64,000 bases of DNA from Phoronis australis (taxonomy: Eukaryota > Animalia > Phoronida), in the NCBI GenBank assembly GCA_002633005.1, contig NMRA01000063.1:728427-792426 (forward strand). Direction: 5' to 3'. A model generated the notes under the pieces. It did no database searches, was not told the origin of the DNA, and worked only from the letters and a program-made list of their open reading frames with translations. The position numbers and the translations under genes were made by a program. Below, in pieces: positions 35,711-47,755 of this stretch (the first letter of the stretch is position 1; each line of letters opens with the position of its first letter).

Positions 35711-37977
35711 AGAGCCTGAATTGAAAACTGCTCCCTATACATTTTTTAATCCCCAGTGGTTGCTCATACATGTATTTTATACATCTTGCTGTTACTCATT
35801 GACAAAACTTTGCGCACTTTCACTCAAACAAGAAAGACTTGCTGAACACACGCCTTGAGTTGCTCTGGAGAAAGCGCTTTAGTTGATGACCAGTGACGTG
35901 TCTAGCCTTTCGTTGTTTCGTAATGCATGGCTATCAGTGATAACCCAGCAACCCTTTCCTCAGACATAGTAGAAACGTTGCACGTCGATTCGCCTGAATA
36001 TCAGGGTTGCGGTACCTGATTGTTTTCTCTAATCAAATCAAAACATATCTTAGAGTAAAGACGCTATTTACCTAAAAAATCAGCTATATATCTGCTTTTT
36101 CCGCGGTGGGTCCATCTAAGTGCTTAGCTGCTTCGAAAGTATCGACGGAAGCGCGCACAATTGAACTCCGCGCGATTTACCGATGAGCCACGACAACTCG
36201 AAATGCGTTGCTTTTCGTGAGTACAGCAAATCGCAATGCAAAGAAATTACATTTTCAGGTTGAACCCCCTCAAATTTTTCGAGATGGTTTACTTGGAGTT
36301 TAAACAAGCTGGCGTGCCGTTTTCGTTTTGTTGGTGACGTTTATTTTTTAATTTTTAATTTTTGGTCCTGTCTCAAGGGGGGGGGGTAAACCCCCTGAAC
36401 CCCCCTGTAGATCCGCCACTGCAGAGTCGATTTCTTCCTGAACGACGCTCCACAACATACACACAGTCCTTTGCCACATGCACCAGTTGCACTACTCTTT
36501 TTTGCAGGCGTAGACGTTATAATATATAACACCCTAAATAGTGGCAGCAGTTCAACTGCAAAAAGAATTGTGAGTGTCTTAGTGCAGGGCAAATAAGCTT
36601 GCACACAAAAATAAACGGCGGGAGACATTCACTGTTTTTTTAACCATTCTTTAAGTAGCAGTCTATACCGGTTTTCTTAAAATAGAGAACGGCAAAATTT
36701 GAAACTTAAATTTAAGCAAAAGACATGTATATACTTGACAAAAAGCGCGGGGTTCCCTGATTAGCGATATGCCAACACATAATCCTGAAATAGACCAAAC
36801 CAACAGGTAACCTGGACATGTCATCTATATTTAGGAGCCGTCTTAACTGCTTACCTTCTGAAAAGTGAAGATTTACACTTCATTTGCTTTGAGATAATCA
36901 TTGGGCCTAGGTAATTTGAGCAGGAGCCCCGCGTTTCGACTTATACTTACGCGCCCGCAATTGCTAATGCGGCGACACTGCGCATAAGTGCTGTAAATAG
37001 CCGAGACATTGAAGTAATAGACTTGTTACTTTCAGGTTAACCTTGAGCTCAAAGCATCCAGATGACGAGCGCATGATCGCGGCAGACCTTACGTTTTTTT
37101 CCAAGCCTCTCACCGCGGCGTTGAGACTACCCCAGGACGGCAACAGCCAGCTAGTGGACACTGTACGACTGGAGAAGTCGAAGTCAGCGGACAGTGCAGG
37201 AAATTAGGTAGATCACTGGACATGGAGAAAATTGGGAAATGATAGCCGTCGATATGGTCATATATGATAGCCCCGCCGTTAAATAAGGCCTTACAAAAAT
37301 AAGAGACCATGAATTTCGTGAAAAACACAATAAAGGCGCATCATTTACAACGTTTCATCAGTACGCACGGGGTGACAATCTCGCTGGTTCCTTACGTGCG
37401 GCACGCAAGGAATCAGCGAGGGTGACAATATTACCACGTGAATGAATAGAAATTTGTTTTTATATTTTATATTCCTGTACAACTAATCATACAGAGCATT
37501 TTAACTCTTCCTAAGTTCGCAGCCCCTTCGGGCGGCCCTCATGCAGATTTTCTCGCCCCTCCAGCATAATGTAGTATAATGACATCATCAACGAAACTTA
37601 AACAAGGCCTCGACAGCTGAGAAGCCGGTGGGCACCGGCTCAGGAATTACTTATGGACGGCGCACCATAGGGGGCTGAGAGGGCTATAGCCCCACTTTTT
37701 TCAGTGCTACGCCGCACATGGTCTATAGATGGTGCACCACAGGGGGGAAAGGGGGCTTTAGCCCCCCACTTTTTTCAGTGCTGCACCGCCCATGTTACTA
37801 GAGTGTGCGTTTCGCGATATCTCGTAAAAATATTGCTAGTTCACCTGTCCTGTATTTGAAAACATCAAAATACTAACCGACAGCAAAACCTACAGGCTTT
37901 AAATGCTGAAACGCTGGGTGCTGAAAGGTTGCGGTAACGGGGTGTATTTTCACGTCCCTGTGGTCTCGCGTCGCACG

Positions 37978-39306
37978 CCCATATGAAAATATTCAATAGG
38001 ATCCTATAGGAATTCCCATAGGATCCTGTAGGAATTCGTATAGGATCCTATAGGAATTCTTATAAGAATATCGATATCGTATAGGAAATTTTTCACAAAT
38101 CTGTAACAAATAGCCTAAGAATACATAGAAAAATATGGGTTTGTGTTTATCAGCTCTTCTGAGTCACTAATTTTTGTAAATTTTAATATTCAGGCGAGTC
38201 TTAATACATGTACGTTAATTGCTTCGTAAAATCCTATTGAACTTCCAATAGAATCCTATTGAACTGCCTACTGGATATACGAAAGTCTTATACGAATTCC
38301 TATAGGGTTTCTTATAGGATATCCTAAAGGATTTCTATAGGATTTCCAATTGGATGCTTTAGGAAATGTTTTAGGATCCTATTGGATTTCCTAAAGGATC
38401 CAATAGGAAATTCTATAGGATCCAATAGGAAATCCCATGGGATTCCTATATGAAATCCTATAGGATTTCCTACAAGAAATCCTAAAGGATTTCCTATAGG
38501 ATACTATTGAACTTCCTATAGGATCTTGTTGAACTTATAGAATCCTACTGAATTTCTTGTAGATGAAATTCTCTTAAAACATAACATAAAGAGTAAACTA
38601 TACAGCTGTCATTATAGATGTTTCATTTCTGGTGTTGTAAATTATAATTTTGTATATTAACTTCTAAGGAAACGTTTTCATTATGTGTAAGGCTTAGTGG
38701 CTAAAATGGATAGTTTCTCAAGTGGACAACAGGTGTCACTGAAAGGCGATTCAATAAACAGTTATCTTTACTGCAATTAAAACACTCGACATAAGCTTAC
38801 AGCTTTGACTATCAGAGAATAACATATAAAAGCCTATAGCATTCAGCATTTAAATATAAGTTACTTTAACATGTTTTGAAAAAAGAACACGCAAGTCATT
38901 TGTAGCCCCAGTTTAGTGCACCATTTGTAACATATATTGATATCCTACTGTAGACCTCGTTTAAGAACAGTTTAGACTACTGTACAAGAACTTTGAGGTT
39001 ACCTGTCTTCCAGATGAATTTCTTTTGTTGAAAACATTGTTGTTTTATTGTATTATGTATGCATTGAAAAAGTCATGATGGGAAATCGAAATCCTAATGG
39101 ATTTCTCAAAAGCTTTATAAAATTCCTATAGGGTTTCCTATAGGATATCCTAAAGGATTCCTATAGGATCTAATAGAAAATCCTATAGGAAATCATATAG
39201 GATCCAATAGGAATTCAATTGGATTTTGGCCCAATATCCTATAGGAATCCTATAGGATTTCCTATAGGAATCGAACAGGAAATCCTATTGGAATTTTTCG
39301 TAAGGG
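37978..39306. mobile_element. Non-autonomous TIR element with CCC...GGG ends and dense ATAGGA/TCCTAT decamer subterminal repeats (CMC/EnSpm-like)
   Basis: CCCATATGAAAATATTCAATAGG vs CCTATTGGAATTTTTCGTAAGGG; repeated cctatagga motifs at both ends and at 38230-38550; a related fragment at 44895-44935. Confidence 0.6.
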
Positions 39307-40417
39307 CATTCACGTCTGTGATAAAAGTGCTTGAATGTGGTTGTAGATAAGTTCCGTGGTAGGGTTTTTGCGGGGTCAAAGTTTCACTTCCCAAAGTCAT
39401 AAACATTCTTCTTAGTAACCGTAACTAAGAGTACTGAGCATCGTCTACTCGGTAGCTGACACTCTTGATGCAGCAGTCTGTAGCCACTCTGACAGTATCG
39501 CTCTAGTACACGTGACCTGGTTTCAGTAAAATGTGACACTGCAACGTAAAGTTTTGGTATTGTTGTCAGTAAGTATTGGAAAATTTCAGTTTTAAAAAGC
39601 CTAGCTCTTCAACAGCCTCAAATGGGAAACGCCTACGACCGGCCATTTGTTTATTTAACTTAAAACTATTCTCTCGCGCGCTGTGTGACATATCAGAAAC
39701 TTGGCTAATAAACTCTACTCAGAGGACTCTACCATAATCATAGCAAATGGTATCAATCATCATGGTGATAAAACAAATGGCCCACATATATTGCAGCACA
39801 ACCCTGTCAAAACTAGTGGCACATAGACACTTTAAACTGGCAATGGCCTATCATTGTTTACAAAGGTTTGAGACATATTAGGCCTATGCGTGATTGAGCT
39901 AATGTACAAATTGAGTTTACATGGTGAGTAAAGAAGAAATGTAACTTTAATTAAAAGTTTCAAAACAGAAGACAATAAGTGCATTTTCCTAGTTACAGTA
40001 ACTAGTATAAAACACAATAATAAAAGTCATTTAGTATGAGCTGTTGCTGAACTTTAAGCGAATTACCTGAACACAATAGGTAATGTTTTTATTATCATTA
40101 AACACAAAAATTAATGCACGTAAACCTCATTTAGAAAAATGCCTGCAAGAATTATTGCAATAAAATTTATCATAACTGAACGCCTTCTAATAGTCATATA
40201 TTGTTTAACTGGAAGCAGAGAGGGACTATTGCGGATTGTGAACAAGGAAATAATATAGTTGACAAAGAACGTAACCAATTCATGGGAAATAAAAAGCCCG
40301 TTCTGCCGCGGAAGGGCACGTAACTGTAAACAACCGAACGTTTTATAACGAAACTATGAAGTGCGTACAGCCCAGTGGAGTCAGCTAATGTACGAGTGGA
40401 ATCGCCAGCAAATCAAC

Positions 40418-43400
40418 ATGGGAGGTAACATCCAGAAACCGCAAAACGGGCCAAAACATGCTGAAGAGACAAACTCCATGAAACGGAAATACTTAGAAAA
40501 TAATCAAGTGTGGCCGTGTCTGTTGCGAAATCAAAAAATCGAAGAAGTCAGACGACACATCGCAAAAGGAGAAGCAGACGGGGCATTGAGAACAATCCAA
40601 ATTCTCAAAGAGGTGAGCCTCCAAACAAATTATTGGCGCAATTAAGAACGTGAAAACAGCAAGAGCGAAACAATGAATATCAAAATTTACAAATCATTCA
40701 ATTTATTTTTGGGGTAGTCAGTCATTGCTATGGTCACACCTTGTCCAAACGTTGCATAACCCTATCGAAAAATATGCAAATCTGGTTAACTTGGCAACAT
40801 CATACATCCTGAGATAACGCTTGATTGGATTCACGTGAAACTGTAATATAATCCATTTTATGCATTGTACGCCAAAACGCGGTAAGAACAAATTGTTTTT
40901 GAAATGTATTATTTATGCATGTTATCAAAAGTAGGACTTTCAAAATTTTCAAGAAAAAAAAATAAGAAGTTGCATAAAGCGAAATGATATCTTAGAAAAC
41001 TGCAACAGCGTTTTTGAGATGTCACGTTGAACAGATGGAATTGCACTAAGACATGGACACGTGAACCAATCAACAACAGATTGTAAACAAGTTATCAATC
41101 AAATTCTACAGGAATATGTACAGGAATATGTAACGCCTATATGTACTTTTACTGAGTTCACACCTATAGTTTTCTAGATATATGGCTAAGTACGAAGACC
41201 AGTCAAAAACACAATATTAAGGTTTTAACTACCCTTAAATAAAAAACATCTATGGCAAAAACTGGTCAGTACATTCATCTTCCTACAACAAACTTGAGGA
41301 ATAAAGACACTATACAAGATGGTGATTTTATCGAATCCTCGAAGACCATTGCTTTACATAATTTTTCAATTTTCCAGTAATTTTCACGGAGATCAATAGT
41401 TGCCACTGACACACATCCTTCTTCATTTAAATATTTCGGATAAAAACGACTCTTAATTGCGTGTCACTCGAAAGTCGAAGAGGATTCGTTTACAGTATGA
41501 ACAACGAGATAAAATACGAGATTCAACGAAACAATAACACAGATCATCTCAATGGTCAACCCACACATAGTTCACAACCAAATTGTCACAAACAACGTGA
41601 TTTGAAACAAGCCCATTCAGTGCTCGTACATAGATGGTTCATACATTCTTGAGATTATATTCTGTAAAGACTGCTAGGGTGTCCAGGGAGATGAAACAGA
41701 ATTTAGAATGTTAATACTAGACACAATATGACTGCTCCAAGACATTCGACTTCTTGACATCACGTGACTTCGTTTATCCAGGGCTCGAAATCCAATCACC
41801 ACTGGTGTAAATTGCAGACGCTAATATGCGATGCACAGCAAAGTTGCGCGCACCCTAACTCGTGGGTCAAACTGGCATTTAAATGGTTCGCTTCTAGAAG
41901 AGATCTACGAACACTAGTAATGGCACTACGATAAATAAATGGTTCGCTTCTAGAAGAGATCACTAGACACTACGGTAAATAAATGTAGCCAATTCCTGGA
42001 TTAACGTTGAATTTCAGCTGTACCAGGAAAAAAAAGAAGAGGAAGAAAGCGGCTTCAATTTTTTGATAGATGATAGCAGCGACAAACTTATCCAGCAATT
42101 AATACGGATAATAAAGGAGAAAGAAATTCGTTGGAGGCCTAGAGGGGATTTTGTGTGTCACCAACTTTCTATGAATGTGGTCCCACCAAGCACCCGGAAA
42201 AGATCTGAAACGGAAAGTCTACCACCTCTCAAAGATGGGATGACGGAGTTGAACCTACAGGGCTACATTGTGCACGGCACGCTACCGGCAATTATAAGTC
42301 TGTGTCACCAATGTGCCGGTAAACTTCGTTGGTCAGTAAAGATTTTATGATTTTCACAACTTTTACGATTCAGAGAACTTAAAAAGGGTCATAACTGTGA
42401 GTACAACTTGTTCGATTCTATAGCCCAACAACAAGTTGGAAAGTTTACCCCTGTAGCCAATATCTTACACGACTGATTAACTCCATTCTGGCATTTATGG
42501 TTGGAGGGCAAGCTCTCTTTTGTTCGATAATTGCTCAAATCTCCCATAAGTTCGTATCTACCCTGACTGGGCTGGGCTGTTAAAAATAAAAGTAAAGTTT
42601 TAACATATTTGAACATAAACCAATAGCATTTATGAAATCTTCGTCAAATCATGATCATGTTTAGTTTTTGAATCGCCAAAATCGCCCATTGAACTGCAAC
42701 CTAAGTTACGACTATCTATTCATTCACTCAGAGCTTGACTGGTCTGTAATAAGCCTGGTAGATAATTGGCCTGTTGTTTGTCATGAAAGACAAAAGAATG
42801 TGTTAGGCAGTTAACAAAGAAGCTAGATGTTGTCACACGCTCAGAACCCCCTATGTCTGGTAAAGCCACTGAACGGGAAAACGCTGTCATGTAAATTGGC
42901 CCGGCCTTCGCTTCACAAAGGAATAGCACAACTTGTTCACTACCTAACAAAACTACATAATGTGCGTCTTGTGAAAGGAACAAAACGCTCTTGTTAACGA
43001 CAGTCTTTTGTTCGTTTTCATCACTTTAAAGAACTAAAAAGACGTTTTATCGATGAAAGTTTTGCATCCATGAATATCCATATTTTTCTCAAAACAGCTA
43101 TAAATTCATCCAAGAACTCAACTTTTGATTTACGATCACTTACTTAACCGGAGTGCTCTCAAGTAGGGCCTAGAACACTGAGTACATGGACAATGATGAA
43201 TTAATTACTATGTAAACATACAATCAAAAACTCATCTCACGTAAACCTTGCATTTAGCTCCAAAATAACTCTATTCTTAGAACACAGGGCTTGGAATGAC
43301 AAAAACAGGAAAAATTTCCAGGCGATGTATCGTTCTACATATAAATAGGTTTGTGCGATAGAAATATATTTTTGCGTTGAAATAGTTTTTGCACGAATAA

Positions 43401-44842
43401 AGTCAAAATAATGATAAAAACAGAAGAAAAAAAGGGAACTGGAAATCGAATAAGACAATCAAGAGGAAATCGAAATCAAAAAAGACGAAATCCTCTAAAA
43501 GGAAGAAAACTTCAAGCCCTGAGAACAACTGCAGATAACCCAATGTCTTGACGCAAGTAACCAGTCCAAAGAATGCCGTCCGTGTGCACACAATCGCAGC
43601 TAATTTCCCACTAAGTTCAAACAATACGCTTTGCTAATAAGATTTCTAATTTCCAGTTTACAGTAAATGAAGTGTAATCTTAAGGAATACATGGAATATT
43701 ATCTCAAACCATGTCGCTTACGCAAACCTCAGTGTTTTCTAGCTGTCCAAACTGAGCCCCAGTTCAGGCAACAAATATCAAAACATCAGACTTGTGTTTA
43801 TTTAAGTCAGCATTTGAGGTCAAACATAGTCAGTTTGTGTCAATCTGGTTTGGACTTAGACTAAGTAAAACTCGTTGTTAATAATACGAATGTCATGCGC
43901 GCACCCGCGGGGTGGGTCCGTTGGGGGGTTCGAACGAGCCCCCCATTTGGCGAAGTGGGTAAAAAGGTCCGCCTCAGAGAAACCAAAAGACTGAGAAAAT
44001 GAGACAAAAGTCCACTAAAAAGGCGCAGACGCACAGTTTACAGTTCTGAAGGTGGTACCCCGTCTTTTAGTCCTTCTGCTTTTTTTGTTAGCAAAAGGTC
44101 CACTTTATCAGAAATCGAGCCCCCCATATTAAAGGCTGGGACCGCGCATGAATGCTAACCCAAACCGTCACAATCCAGCTGTTGCGACAATTTAAGTGAG
44201 ATGTGATTAGCGTTTATAGACCTTACTACACCAAGGCGAGGCTAGGCGCTTTACCTCGCGCGCCTTTTCCTAATTCTGGTGGCAGCAAGGTTCACCCAAG
44301 CCAAGCAGCAAGTCGAGCCTATTCACAACACACCGAGTTCACTGAGCGAGTAAATTTGTGTTCCTACATCAGTCTCCTTTCATCTCTGGTAACGAGCTTG
44401 AGACGCACGTATCATTTGTCTGTTATCCGGGACATATGTCGATCATAAATTATGTCAGTACGGTAATGCGCTGTCTGCAGGTGACAGCGATGAGTGGGCT
44501 CAGTGTACTTTTTAAACGCAACTAATAAGTCACTGTACCACCATCCGAATTTTGAAAGTTAAACTAATAGTAGATAATATAAAATACTTACACCAAACCA
44601 AGATTAGTGACTAAATTGGCTCATGTTGAAAATTCATTAGTTTATATCTAAAACGATGGGGGTAATTTCGATTTTCCACCTTTTTATTTTCAAGCTTGAG
44701 AGTGCTGGACATTGGCTTCACGGGAATAAATAACTCCGAGGCAGAAATTCTGTTGCCTCATTTGGCCACACTTAGTCTGTTGACATTCTTAGGACTTAGA
44801 GGAAATCGTCTGGAGAAGAGCATCATCAACACTCTGACTACG
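40418..44842 (+). pseudogene. Putative leucine-rich-repeat gene or pseudogene; candidate exons 40418-40612, 42018-42331, 44695-44842
   Basis: GT/AG-bounded, phase-compatible segments; LRR-like MTELNLQG and LRVLDIGFTGINNSEAEILLPHLATLSLLTFLGLRGNRL; a coding-like segment at 41670-41885 (IRLLDIT*LRLS) has in-frame stops. Confidence 0.45.
43894..44150. mobile_element. Second copy of the CATGCGC-terminal MITE
   Basis: aatgt|catgcgcg...cgcgcatg|aatgc; shares gcaaaaggtccac and aaaagtccact blocks with 16609-16870. Confidence 0.7.
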
Positions 44843-45121
44843 GTAGGTCCCACTCACATGGTACCGTCGAATTATCTTCACCTGGTAGGAAGTCTTGATC
44901 CTATAGGAATTCCTATTCGATCCTATGGATCATTTTCGTTAGAGTACTCTTCATGCAAAAAGCATGGCATTATCTCGTAGGCCAACAAAAGCACAAGGCC
45001 AAGCGACCATCTCTGACTTTTATAATTGGGCCTTATTTCTTCTGCTCCCTGATTTTCTCTTAAATTGTTTTTGCCTAGAAATTTTAGAGCTGTATCGTGA
45101 AATATCGACTTCTACAACAGC

Positions 45122-46330
45122 TGCTTGACAACTCTAGGCGAGCCGACTCTTGCACGAGACGGTCTGCCACTTGCTGACTGTTTTACAGCGGCCAGCGCCA
45201 CCTGTCTGGACAGGGGTAAGTGGTACCTGGTCAATCCTACAGCAATGAGTGTCACTAGAGGAGTCCTACCCTTGGACATGAAGTGACGACTGCCATCAAT
45301 ACCTGCCTTGCGTCGAGAAAAATAAATTCACAATCAGTGCTCTCTTTGAAAATATATCCAGATATCTAACCTTTTTAGCAAGGTACTAGACTAAGTGCTA
45401 CTCTTGGACTGTGAAGAGCGTCACCTGGTAAGTCCCACTGTCGGACAGTGCCGCCAGGTCAAATTCACCGTTAGTAAGTCCTAGTGTTGGACTAGCTGAG
45501 TACCACCTGGTGTTATTGCTACAAGTGTAATTACAACAGTAACCAATCACTAGCAGAAAACAATTCTGAAGTATCTGCATACGCACTACCAAAGAGCAGG
45601 TTGAAACTCATTTTTCAACTGCGCGATTTGTGAATGTGTGCTGAACAGAGGGAAACAGATGGTCACAGATTAATTATAGTTACTTTTTATTACAGTTACT
45701 TGAGGACAACAACAAGTTCCAGTCTCTNTGCTTGACAACTCTAGGTGAGCCGACTCTTGCACGAGACGGTCTGCCACTTGCTGTTTTACAGCGGCCAGCG
45801 CCACCTGTCTGGACAGGGGTAAGTGGTACCTGGTCAATCCTACAGCAATGAGTGTCACTAGAGGAGTCCTACCCTTGGACATGAAGTGACGACTGCCATC
45901 AATACCTGCCTTGCGGCGAGAAAAATAAATTCACAATCAGTGCTCTCTTTGAAAATATATCCAGATATCTAACCTTTTTAGCAAGGTACTAGACTAAGTG
46001 CTACTCTTGGACTGTGAAGAGCGTCACCTGGTAAGTCCCACTGTCGGACAGTGCCGCCAGGTCAAATTCACCGTTAGTAAGTCCTAGTGTTGGACTAGCT
46101 GAGTACCACCTGGTGTTATTGCTACAAGTGTAATTACAACAGTAACCAATCACTAGCAGAAAACAATTCTGAAGTATCTGCATACGCACTACCAAAGAGC
46201 AGGTTGAAACTCATTTTTCAACTGCGCGATTTGTGAATGTGTGCTGAACAGAGGGAAACAGATGGTCACAGATTAATTATAGTTACTTTTTATTACAGTT
46301 ACTTGAGGACAACAACAAGTTCCAGTCTCT
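45122..46330. repeat. ~603-bp near-identical direct duplication joined by one N
   Basis: 45122-45728 vs 45730-46330; identical 64-aa ORFs in the ORF track. Confidence 0.9.
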
Positions 46331-46941
46331 TCAGCGAATAGACCTACGCAACAACGTTGATATATCCACTGTGCCCAAATCATTTCTTCAACTATTGTTA
46401 CTGAGATGGCCACTGGATGTTTCTCAGCCTCCACTTGCCGAATTGGCACAGGGAATAATGTGTGTGGAGGAGTATGAGATATAAAACTGACTGGTGAAGA
46501 TGTCACTGACTTTTGAGCTAACAACCAATTCAATGTGTATTTGGTTACTCCATTAACGTCCATATTAATACCAAGGCACAGCTTGTTATTTATAATGTGT
46601 TCAGTCAACTGATTTTTTACTCAAGACAGTGCATCCCAACCAAGAGATTTTAAGTTCAAAATTGCAGCTTTAATATTGCGATCATCAAATGTAATCATAA
46701 GTCCTATACTCATCTCTAATTAGTTCCAAATACAAACTGAAAGAAACTCATCTTCAGTTCAATACTACAACAGAATAGAAAATGTAAAAAAATAAGTTGG
46801 ATTTCGATTTCAAAGATGGATTTTGAGTGTTGATGAGTTATCATTACTTCCAGTTAGAGAAGTCTCTTGTTACAAATGACAAATGACTACCAGCTAAACT
46901 GTAAGTTCTAGTCTAGCTAAAAGCCTGTAGACAAGAGAAGG

Positions 46942-47104
46942 ATCTAACCATATGTCTAGCCTAACCATATGTCTAGCCCAATCATCTGTCTAGCCTAACC
47001 ATATGTCTAGCCCAATCATCTGTCTAGCCTAACCATATACTATAACAAAGTCTAGCCTAACCATATACTATAACAAAGTCTAGCCTAACCATATACTATA
47101 ACAA
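46942..47104. repeat. Compound short tandem repeat (tctagcctaaccatat...)
   Basis: 17-18-bp units followed by 28-bp units. Confidence 0.8.
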
Positions 47105-47755
47105 TGTATTTACTGTCACACTCATCTCACTGTTAAAACGCATCCTTTTTTTCAAAAAAACCAACCTTTACTAATAGGCCTCTTATCATAATGAAATTGG
47201 TCTTGTCTCATTCTTTGTTCAGTTTAGAAGAGATCTCAGGACTGTTCAGAAAGAACAGACAATTCGCAATTCCTTCACACCAAGCTCATAATATTTTCAA
47301 GTCACACAGTTTCCTGAAATTTTAAAAGCTTAGTCTGAAAACATAAACTTTAAGTTCTTCATGAACCCAGAAATTACTTACTTTTTTGACAAAAGAACAA
47401 TTTGAGTCTAATTTCCCACTGATAAGAAGTTTAAGTCAACACAAAGCAAGCGTATAACACAGCTTTAAGGAAACTACTCCATGAGTACCTTAAAATGTAA
47501 TCAAGGTAGATTTCACATTTAATGCTTTTATCAACTTACAAAGTTTACAACACTAGTGGATGGCTGTGTACAAAATAACAAAAGTATGCTGTAAAAAGAA
47601 AACAAATGTGCTCGACAGGTGTGAACCATTTTTTTCACAAAACAGCACACTAAACGTTTCATAAAAACATTTATAAAACACAATCAGTACTTGGCGTGAA
47701 CAAGTGATCAATCAGTCTCTGTCTCCACAACAGTACTTGGCGTGAACGTGGTCAA

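Noticed and set aside
37036-37208. GC-richer segment after a good acceptor (ttactttcag), open for ~57 codons
   Set aside because: No recognisable motif and no partner exons could be linked.
45122-46330. 603-bp duplication as a real duplicated exon or gene
   Set aside because: Near-identical copies joined by a single N with one SNP-scale difference and a 4-bp indel visible; typical of unmerged haplotype overlap.
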